Shown here piece by piece: positions 34,997 to 42,250 of a DNA stretch of 64,000 nucleotides. The position numbers were made by a program, and so were the translations under genes. The notes beneath the pieces were generated by a model. That model ran no database searches and was not told the origin of the DNA. It saw only the letters and a program-made list of their open reading frames with translations. Origin of the DNA: Candidatus Aenigmatarchaeota archaeon (GTDB lineage: Archaea; Aenigmatarchaeota; Aenigmatarchaeia; QMZP01; QMZT01). The stretch spans positions 48,726-112,725 of the forward strand of contig WVZE01000036.1 of assembly GCA_011772645.1 (NCBI GenBank). The letters are read 5' to 3'. How positions within the stretch are numbered: position 1 is the first letter of the stretch; every line of letters starts with the position of its first letter.

Positions 34997-35271
34997 CCAT
35001 ATTCTTCACCTCCTTTCAGTTTGAAGCAGTTTGTCTGCTTCTTTCGCTCTTGAGGGCCAGGACCGGGATTTGCACCCGGTTCGGAGGATCCACAATCTTC
35101 CGTGCTACTACATACACCATCCTGGCCGTTGCTGAAAACCAGAACTACGAAATTCCTCTTCAGATCAAAAACAAGTTCGATCTCTACACCTTCCTCTAGA
35201 CCGAAATTCTTCCTGATCTCAGAAGGGATCGAAATCCTTCCCTTGGAATCTATCTTTATCTTCTTCGAAAT
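34993..35271 (-). CDS. AbrB/MazE/SpoVT-family DNA-binding protein overlapping tRNA-His; probable ATT start
   Basis: Manual translation (M)SKKIKIDSKGRISIPSEIRKNFGLEEGVEIEL...; 93 codons including stop; GAGGGG just upstream; absent from the ORF track because there is no in-frame ATG/GTG/TTG. Confidence 0.75.
   Translation of the reverse strand: MSKKIKIDSKGRISIPSEIRKNFGLEEGVEIELVFDLKRNFVVLVFSNGQDGVCSSTEDCGSSEPGANPGPGPQERKKQTNCFKLKGGEEYG
35055..35127 (-). tRNA. tRNA-His(GTG) with encoded G-1
   Basis: G-GCCAGGA/TCCTGGC-C acceptor, GAAGA-TTGTGGA-TCCTC anticodon arm, CCGGG-TGCAAAT-CCCGG T-arm. Confidence 0.88.
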
Positions 35272-35431
35272 TAACCCCTCACTTTCCAGAAAACCAGAAA
35301 AAGCAAGTTTGGAATCCGGGCTAAGAAATTCTTTCCTTCTACGCGTTATGAACCGAATCGCCCGTTTTCCTCATAACTAAAGAAATAGAAATAAAAGATA
35401 TTTAAAGATTAGGTGGGACAAAATCCTTTTA

Positions 35432-36013
35432 TCACACGTCGAAAACCTTCACCTTCTGGGAAGGGAGATCGACTATCGCTGCCTTCCTGAACTCCGGAAG
35501 GGCGGCATTCACGAAAAGGGTTTCCTTGTGTTTCATCACGCCCGCGGATTCGTGAATGTGACCGAACACGTGGAGAGTCGGTTTCACCCTCTCGATCGCC
35601 TCCCTCAGCTCGATCACGCCTGCGTTGCTCCCGAAGTAGCTCATGTCCAGTATATCGAAAGGGGGATCGTGGGTTATGATTATCAGCTTCTTAGGATCTA
35701 TCCCTTTCGAGAGGTCTTGTATCCTCGAATAGTAACCCCAGTCCACCCCTAGGAAATAATATCCCTTGTATTCAACCACCTCGTTCTCCAAGATCTTGAC
35801 GTTCTTGCTCTTCGTTTTCAGTTCGTGATCCCAGTTACCTCGGACAACGAACGTTTGGACTTTCGCCCTGTCAAGAACCTTCTTCGCGAAGTCCTCCGAG
35901 AGGAAATCCCCTGCGTTTATTATAACGTCTACCCGTTCCTTTTCAGCGAGCTTTTCAACGCCATCCGCCAGCTCCTTTTCCCTGTGGTAGTCAGCGACGC
36001 AGAGTATTTTCAT
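35432..36013 (-). CDS. Calcineurin-like metallophosphoesterase
   Basis: ADYH, AGD, GNWD, THDPP, FGHIHE. Confidence 0.92.
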   Translation of the reverse strand: MKILCVADYHREKELADGVEKLAEKERVDVIINAGDFLSEDFAKKVLDRAKVQTFVVRGNWDHELKTKSKNVKILENEVVEYKGYYFLGVDWGYYSRIQDLSKGIDPKKLIIITHDPPFDILDMSYFGSNAGVIELREAIERVKPTLHVFGHIHESAGVMKHKETLFVNAALPEFRKAAIVDLPSQKVKVFDV

Positions 36014-36046
36014 AACAATCAATTTGGAGGTTTCGATTATTTAAAA

Positions 36047-37207
36047 TTAAGTGAGCATGTCGAGACAGACCAGGCAGAGGATCTTTGCAAAGTCCGAGAG
36101 CTCGCGTATCGAGATGTATTCGTTCGCCATGTGAGCGACGTCCTCTCCCGGGGAGTAACCGACTGAGAGTATTCCCTTCCTTACAAGGGGTTTGACAAGG
36201 GTGGTTCCTGAAAGCCCGTGAAACCTCAATTCCTTCCCCAAAACCTTCTTTGCGTGTCTTTTTATCGTTTTAACCAGGATGTTGTCCCTTCCGACCTCAA
36301 CCGGTTTCTGGTGATCGATGACATCCATTCTGAATTTAGCTTTTTTGTTCCTCTTTCTGACCTCTCTGAACATGTTTTTTATCTCCCTCATTATCTCGCT
36401 TGCCTTCTGAGAGGGGAGGTACCTGAAGTCCAATTGAACCTCGCATTCCCCAGGAACTATGTTCGGGGCAGAACCCCCTCTTATCAGCCCGAGGTTTTCT
36501 GTGGGGTCGGAGAGGAGTTCATGCCTCCTGAACCTCATCCTGTATTTTTTCAGGATGTTCAGGAATTCGATCATGTTCCATACCGCATTCACTCCCTTGT
36601 GCGGTCTCGATCCGTGAGCCTGCTTCCCATAGGAGGTGATTTTAAGTAAGAGCAGACCCTTCTCGGCAACGTAGACCCTTCTCATTCTGTGCGCCACGTC
36701 CGGTACTATCCCGTATTCTCCCCTTACCTTACCCTTATCAACCAGGTAGTACATGCCGTATTTCGAGCCCTTCTCCTCGTCCGCCACGCATGCAAGAACG
36801 ACCTGGCCTTTCAATTGTTTTTCGAACTTCTTGAGTATCTTCCCTGCTATGAGGGAACTCGCTGTCGGTCCTTTGTCATCGTTCGTCCCTCTCCCGTACG
36901 CCTTTCCTCCCTTGACAACCATCCTGAACGGGTTGGTCTTCCAACCGTCCCCAGGAGGAACCACATCGAGATGGCAGGCGATTATTATTCTTGGTTTCCC
37001 CTTTCCTATGTAACCTATTATGTTTGTCCGACCTTTCTCCTTCTCGAATTTTTTGTATCTTATCCTGTTCCTGCGGAAGAATCTCTCGATGACTTTCGCC
37101 GCCCTCCACTCGTTCCCCGGAGGGTTCGTGGTGTCCGCGGCTATCAGTTTTGAAAGAAGCGTGACCATCTCCCCTTTCTGAGAATTGACCATTTTCGAGA
37201 CGTTCAT
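36047..37207 (-). CDS. M20 metallopeptidase (ArgE/DapE family)
   Basis: HLDVVP, GRGTNDDKG, DEE, AHGS, AHMANE. Confidence 0.93.
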   Translation of the reverse strand: MNVSKMVNSQKGEMVTLLSKLIAADTTNPPGNEWRAAKVIERFFRRNRIRYKKFEKEKGRTNIIGYIGKGKPRIIIACHLDVVPPGDGWKTNPFRMVVKGGKAYGRGTNDDKGPTASSLIAGKILKKFEKQLKGQVVLACVADEEKGSKYGMYYLVDKGKVRGEYGIVPDVAHRMRRVYVAEKGLLLLKITSYGKQAHGSRPHKGVNAVWNMIEFLNILKKYRMRFRRHELLSDPTENLGLIRGGSAPNIVPGECEVQLDFRYLPSQKASEIMREIKNMFREVRKRNKKAKFRMDVIDHQKPVEVGRDNILVKTIKRHAKKVLGKELRFHGLSGTTLVKPLVRKGILSVGYSPGEDVAHMANEYISIRELSDFAKILCLVCLDMLT

Positions 37208-37242
37208 ATTTTTATAATATATTCCTTTACCTATTAATTGAT

Positions 37243-37659
37243 ATGATAGAGACTAAAACTCTCTCTTTCAGGACGAGATCCGGGACGGACATAATAGACA
37301 TCACAAAGGAGGTCTCGGAAGCGATCGGGAAATCGAAAATAAAATCAGGGATCGTCTCCGTGTTCGTGACGGGCTCGACTGCCTCGATCTCCACGGTGGA
37401 GTATGAACCGAACCTTATAAATGATATCAAGAGAGCTCTCGAAAAGATCGCGCCCGAAAGAGGGGATTACGAGCACCACAAGACCTGGGGGGACGACAAC
37501 GGGTCTGCGCACGTCCGCGCGACATTAATGAAACCGGGGATAAGCGTGCCTTTCGAAAACCGTAAGCTGTTGCTTGGAACTTGGCAGAATATCATAATTT
37601 TGGACTTTGATACAAAACCGAGAGAAAGGGAAATCATTTTGACTATAATTGGCGAGTGA
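37243..37659 (+). CDS. yjbQ: YjbQ/UPF0047 family protein (3' end apparently supplied by the inserted element)
   Basis: DIT, GSTAS, YEH...DNGSAHVRA, LGTWQ. Confidence 0.93.
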   Translation: MIETKTLSFRTRSGTDIIDITKEVSEAIGKSKIKSGIVSVFVTGSTASISTVEYEPNLINDIKRALEKIAPERGDYEHHKTWGDDNGSAHVRATLMKPGISVPFENRKLLLGTWQNIIILDFDTKPREREIILTIIGE

Positions 37660-38820
37660 GCGTGTATTTATAGGATTTACCCGACTTGAATTTTTTTACT
37701 CTATTCTTTCTCATCAACTGTTGCAGATGATGATATGTAGTCCACAAATTTATATTAACTATCTCCCTTAATTCATATACCGTTTTTGGACCTCTGGTTA
37801 AAGATTCTAGTATAATGTCTTTTGTTTTGAATTTCCTTCTTTGTTTCCATTTTCTATTATTTATCCTTATTATATTTTTGATTTCATTAAGCTTACGGCC
37901 AATATGCATATCGGAAAATTTAATTATTAGTTCTTCACAATCTTTAGCAAATTTTTTCAAAGAATTTGCACTAAGGTATAATGCGTAGTGATCCCCTTTC
38001 ATTTTTCCCTTTCTTTTAAATATGGAAACTGTACATTGGTAATTTAATGATTCCATTATACTTTTCAGGTCGTATGCAAAATTTCTGTTCGAAGAAAGAA
38101 GTCTTACTCTACCAGAAACGTTACCATCATCATGTAAAACTGCTAACAAAGTCGCTATTTTAACCTGTTTATCCCCATTCATTATTTTTTTAGGTATTCT
38201 GCATTTAGCACTCAAATACGTATCTACGTTGAGATATCTTGTAATGACTTCAGAAAAAAGAGCCGGAATATAGCAACCTCTTTTATATTCTTTAATCTCA
38301 TAACCGCCAAAAACATTTTGAATCAATCTTTTAAACCGTTCTAATCCAATTTTACCTTTCTGATAATAAAAGAAATTCTTTTTAGCGACTGACCCATCAC
38401 ACATCATATGAATTGCAATAGAGATGAATTCTGGTGTAACGATAACAGGCAATTTTGGTTTATAACCATATAATCTTCCATACGTAGATACGTAACTTTT
38501 TATATATTTCTCAATTTCTGATAGTTTGAAATTTATCTTTTTAGCTATTTCGTAAATAACCCACGCTGGTATATATTCTGCCTTCTTTTTATAATACCAA
38601 ACAATTCTGTAATCACTGGTTATGTTCTTACTGTATAATTTGGATTTTTTCTGCAAAAACAATGCTATCTTACCTGTGGTTGAAAAGTATTCCTCTGATT
38701 TTTTAAAGAACTTTTCCTTAAAATTTTTCTCTAGTTTAATAGAAGTCAAATCAAGTGGAAATTCCCACCAATGTATATGTTTTGTCATAATTTATTATTG
38801 CCATTTATACTAATAAATGT
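37597..38820 (-). mobile_element. Free-standing homing-endonuclease cassette with replacement yjbQ 3' end (left boundary approximate)
   Basis: AT-rich block between two versions of the yjbQ 3' end. Confidence 0.7.
37643..38788 (-). CDS. LAGLIDADG-type endonuclease with C-terminal winged HTH
   Basis: Two motifs IAIHMMCDGS and LLAVLHDDGN; C-terminal GPKTVYEL...TYHHLQQL wHTH; AT-rich. Confidence 0.8.
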   Translation of the reverse strand: MTKHIHWWEFPLDLTSIKLEKNFKEKFFKKSEEYFSTTGKIALFLQKKSKLYSKNITSDYRIVWYYKKKAEYIPAWVIYEIAKKINFKLSEIEKYIKSYVSTYGRLYGYKPKLPVIVTPEFISIAIHMMCDGSVAKKNFFYYQKGKIGLERFKRLIQNVFGGYEIKEYKRGCYIPALFSEVITRYLNVDTYLSAKCRIPKKIMNGDKQVKIATLLAVLHDDGNVSGRVRLLSSNRNFAYDLKSIMESLNYQCTVSIFKRKGKMKGDHYALYLSANSLKKFAKDCEELIIKFSDMHIGRKLNEIKNIIRINNRKWKQRRKFKTKDIILESLTRGPKTVYELREIVNINLWTTYHHLQQLMRKNRVKKFKSGKSYKYTLTRQL

Positions 38821-38883
38821 TTGCTCGATTTCGACACCAGGGACAGGGAGAGGGAGATCGTACTCCAGATAATAGGGGACTAG
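38821..38883 (+). pseudogene. Displaced original 3' end of yjbQ
   Basis: LLDFDTRDREREIVLQIIGD* vs current ILDFDTKPREREIILTIIGE* (14/20 identical). Confidence 0.85.
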
Positions 38884-38913
38884 GATTTGTAGAAATCAAC
38901 ACCTCGCTATGGA

Positions 38914-40152
38914 TTAGAATAACTCTATGCTTGCAGGGGGTTTTTTGCTGATCTCATAGCCTGTCTTTAAAGCACCCATATCATACAATTCTCCTGCTGT
39001 TTCTTGAAGCATATCTATAGGTAGTTCCATGCTTAAGGCTGACATTGCATCAGAGCTGTTAACAGCCTTCATTATTATGGGATATCTTCCAGATCCCTCT
39101 GAAAGTTGTATAACAACCCTGGGATAATTATCCTTTTCTGCCTCTTCCCTGATCCTCCATAAAACATCGTAATCAGGAAATTTTTCGGCATTAATCCATA
39201 AAGTTGGTTCGTATAGAGCCCTTCTTTGTTCTTCTTCGGCAGGGTCAAAAAACATTGCCTTTGTATCTGTTACTAAGCATTCAACAGCTGTTCCCGCAAT
39301 ATCAGAGTACTTACCCTCAAGACTGCCAAATCTGTGCATTGCTGGGTCAATGGTGTATGCAAAATATTGAAACGGTTCCCTGACTCCTGTATCAGGGTCA
39401 TATTCATACGGCTTTCCTGTGATTGCTCTCATGTACTCTTCAATTCCCTGTTCAAATAAATCATTGGCTTCCTTTATAACATCGAGTTTATCTCTCTCAA
39501 ATCTCCCGCCTACCCTTAGAAGCATTGCTGGCCCAGGGCATGGTATCTTATGTACAAATTCTTCAGGCAGGCCTGCGTAGCGGCCCAGTCTCCTTACATG
39601 TGGTTTGAAAAGGGATGCAAGAGGCTCCAGCTTATCAACATCATAAGCAAGATCAAGATTATGCTGCAGTTGTTTCCGTGCCTTCTTGGTTACGATATCA
39701 GCTTTTATTGTCCCGTCAAGAACAAACAATGCACCAAGACGTTCTAAGAATCTGTTCGAGGCTTCCAAATATCTGTCTATCATTATCTGCCTTTTGAGCT
39801 CTCCGCTTGAATATCCTTCCAGTGCAGGAATTACTTTATCAGCAGTATGTATTACTTCAAAATTTTCAAAAGTTCCGAACATACCAGCAGTGACATCGGC
39901 TTCTGGTCTTCCCCCAATAATCCTTCTAAGACCATCATCAATGAAATACACATAAAGTCTACTTCCCAATATAGGGTGCAAAGCATAGGCAAGCGTGGTA
40001 CTGTCTACACCGCCTGATCCAGAAAGAGCTACTTTTGCATTGCTTGGCACCAGTTGGTCCACCCATTCACGAACTTCATGAGCGTATTTATCTGGATCAA
40101 AATCAGTGAAGGATTCCGGAATGTCTGTTTCATATCTGTATGTTTTTCCCAT
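38914..40152 (-). CDS. Divergent GMP synthase subunit B-like protein (ATP pyrophosphatase plus dimerisation domain)
   Basis: SGGVDST PP-loop, IDDGLRR, DGTIKAD, LEPLASLFKPHVRRLG, PCPGP, YEISKKPPASIE. Confidence 0.8.
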   Translation of the reverse strand: MGKTYRYETDIPESFTDFDPDKYAHEVREWVDQLVPSNAKVALSGSGGVDSTTLAYALHPILGSRLYVYFIDDGLRRIIGGRPEADVTAGMFGTFENFEVIHTADKVIPALEGYSSGELKRQIMIDRYLEASNRFLERLGALFVLDGTIKADIVTKKARKQLQHNLDLAYDVDKLEPLASLFKPHVRRLGRYAGLPEEFVHKIPCPGPAMLLRVGGRFERDKLDVIKEANDLFEQGIEEYMRAITGKPYEYDPDTGVREPFQYFAYTIDPAMHRFGSLEGKYSDIAGTAVECLVTDTKAMFFDPAEEEQRRALYEPTLWINAEKFPDYDVLWRIREEAEKDNYPRVVIQLSEGSGRYPIIMKAVNSSDAMSALSMELPIDMLQETAGELYDMGALKTGYEISKKPPASIELF

Positions 40153-40183
40153 TTTACAATGTTAAAACTAAATTTTAAATCAG

Positions 40184-40558
40184 TTACTTGTCATAAAGAT
40201 TAAGGTTATAGAACCTCTGAATCTTCCAGAGGGTCTTATCATCGGGCTTGAAGCCGCCCTCTATCCTTCTTAACAGCGAAGGGGAGATTCCCATTTTCTG
40301 GGCGGCCTCCTCCTGCTTGAGATTTCTTTCCTCCCTCGCGTCCCTGATCATCCTGGAGAAATCATCCCTCAGTTCTCTCTCCTTCTGCTCAAATTCCGGT
40401 TCCTTGACTATCCTCCTCTTCAGGACAGTCCTAAGTCTTTCCCTTGGTATCTCCTTCCCGAGTTTCATGCATTCATCGCACACATCGAGTAAAACCCCGT
40501 CGAGATCTATCCTTCTCGGATTAGAAACAGCCTTTCCGCAGACTTCGCACTCGCTCAC
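40184..40558 (-). CDS. mbf1: Archaeal multiprotein bridging factor 1 (Zn ribbon plus HTH), GTG start
   Basis: ECEVCG..IDLDG..LDVCDEC..G; IRDAREE..LKQEE.A..IEGG.KPD. Confidence 0.9.
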   Translation of the reverse strand: MSECEVCGKAVSNPRRIDLDGVLLDVCDECMKLGKEIPRERLRTVLKRRIVKEPEFEQKERELRDDFSRMIRDAREERNLKQEEAAQKMGISPSLLRRIEGGFKPDDKTLWKIQRFYNLNLYDK

Positions 40559-40578
40559 TTTCCCACTTTCCCGGGGAT

Positions 40579-41742
40579 TTAATAATTTATGCCGACCTTG
40601 ACTTCCGAGATATCCCATCCTCCGGTTCCTGAAAACTTGAGGGTGTTCATTCCCTTCGAGGCTTCGTTGTGGGTGAATTCCACCTTGTTCTCTCCGAGTT
40701 CAACCCCGTCGAGAGAGAGCCTGTTTCCGTTTAATTCTATGTCCAGCCTTCCCTCCCTCAACACCCTGTTGACGTTGAAGGATATCTCCCCTCTCGCTCT
40801 TCCAAGGAGGTTGTAGTCCTCCTCGGTGACGTTGAACTCGCGCGCGCGCTCCGCGCGGGTTGTGGAGAGGACTATGTCGAAATTCAGGTTGTCTATCTGG
40901 AAGACCCTGTTCGCCTTCATCGCGAGTATGTTGTCCCCTACCTTCGCGATGTGCGCGATATCAGAATAGTTGAGCTTTACGGAAACCAGGTGGGTGGGGT
41001 TCTGTTCCCTGTATATCTCGTAACCATTCAGCTTGATCATGATCTCCCCTGTCTGGTCGCTTGTGGTGTAGAAGCGGAGAGTTCCCTGGTGCCATGCCTC
41101 CATCTCGTTCGGATATATCCCGAAGGAGAAGAACTTCTCATCCCCGTATTCGGCTATCACCTTGAAATTCTTCAGGTTGTACGTATTGGAAGCCCAGAAC
41201 TGAAAACCGGGGTTGTCGGCCGAAACCTCCAGGACGTTGGAACTCCTGACGTTGGATTTTTCTATCGAGACATCGTAATGGTTGAGGTTCGCCACCTTCT
41301 CGAAAACATTCTTTCCGTTCCACTTTATCACGAGGTTGGCAAGGAGATTCGTTTCCCCTGTGTCAAAACTTACCTTGACGCTCCTCAGGTCGTTAAGTAT
41401 GTGCTGCCCGACAGCGATGTTGAAACTCTTGCTGTCCGGCTGCGTAACGCCGAACCAAGCGGCTGAGGAAACCTTGAGGTTTGGCAGGCTCGTCGCCCCT
41501 CCGATCTTGAGGTTCTCTGTCTGCGGCCTTCCGAGGACGAACGATCCGAAGTCAACACTCCTCTCAACGTTCTGTTCCGAGAACCCCACGCTTCCGATTG
41601 ATGAGAAGTAGGCCAAGGACTGGTAATTGCCCGTCGTTCCCGTTCCGGCCCAATCCGCAAGTGGCGTTCCGAAAACCATCATTACGCCTATGATAACAAA
41701 GGCCACAACCAGCAAAACCGCGAACGACATATTTTCGTCCAT
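40579..41742 (-). CDS. Membrane-anchored beta-rich hypothetical protein
   Basis: N-terminal TM; repeated I.(W/L)NG..(V/I)...G.N.L domains. Confidence 0.78.
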   Translation of the reverse strand: MDENMSFAVLLVVAFVIIGVMMVFGTPLADWAGTGTTGNYQSLAYFSSIGSVGFSEQNVERSVDFGSFVLGRPQTENLKIGGATSLPNLKVSSAAWFGVTQPDSKSFNIAVGQHILNDLRSVKVSFDTGETNLLANLVIKWNGKNVFEKVANLNHYDVSIEKSNVRSSNVLEVSADNPGFQFWASNTYNLKNFKVIAEYGDEKFFSFGIYPNEMEAWHQGTLRFYTTSDQTGEIMIKLNGYEIYREQNPTHLVSVKLNYSDIAHIAKVGDNILAMKANRVFQIDNLNFDIVLSTTRAERAREFNVTEEDYNLLGRARGEISFNVNRVLREGRLDIELNGNRLSLDGVELGENKVEFTHNEASKGMNTLKFSGTGGWDISEVKVGINY

Positions 41743-41839
41743 TCTTTTAATAATTTGTGGGGAAAGTTTAAATATGTAGGTTGAGCGTGGTTTTTGAGTT
41801 TCAAACGGATTTTTAAAACTTACTTTCCAGAGAATGTAT

Positions 41840-42031
41840 ATGAAATTTAAAGATTATGTTAAAGTGCTGGGACCGGCAGCTCTGGGTATTGGAGCTTTGG
41901 GTATTGGAGCTTTATATTTAACGAGCAGAAAAGGCAGGCCAGGAACATCTGGTGAAAATCCTGGGCACGCGAAAAATAATAACATCACTGATGAACGTTG
42001 GATTTATGGAGAGGAAGGGGAATCATGGTAG
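41840..42031 (+). CDS. Small single-helix membrane peptide
   Basis: MKFKDYVKVLGPAALGIGALGIGALYL plus basic tail; upstream sequence shared with the next gene. Confidence 0.6.
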   Translation: MKFKDYVKVLGPAALGIGALGIGALYLTSRKGRPGTSGENPGHAKNNNITDERWIYGEEGESW

Positions 42032-42097
42032 CCCTGATGATCCAAGACTTGAGGTTTAGAATTGATTTTTAAAACTTACTGTTCAAGGAGATGTAAT

Positions 42098-42250
42098 ATG
42101 AAATATTTACTGAAAAACTTAAGAGGAAGTAAAGTTGCTCTTTACGGACTTGGTCTGGTGGCAGGAGGCGTAGTTTTTAAAATAGCACAGAAAAATCTTA
42201 AAAAATATCCTGTAAATCCGAAGAAGGCAAGAAAGAATGGCGCCTACTAG
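42098..42250 (+). CDS. Small single-helix membrane peptide
   Basis: MKYLLKNLRGSKVALYGLGLVAGGVVF plus basic tail. Confidence 0.55.
   Translation: MKYLLKNLRGSKVALYGLGLVAGGVVFKIAQKNLKKYPVNPKKARKNGAY

Noticed and set aside
34935-35000. Frameshifted 5' end of the nucleotidyltransferase gene (ATG 35000 joined by losing one A)
   Set aside because: Possible, but the in-frame GTG at 34996 overlaps the upstream stop (GTGA) and explains the gene without a frameshift; read data are needed.
37643-38788. Intein or intron-encoded endonuclease
   Set aside because: The ORF is antisense to yjbQ, has its own start and stop, and lacks intein splicing motifs (N-terminal C/S, C-terminal HN).
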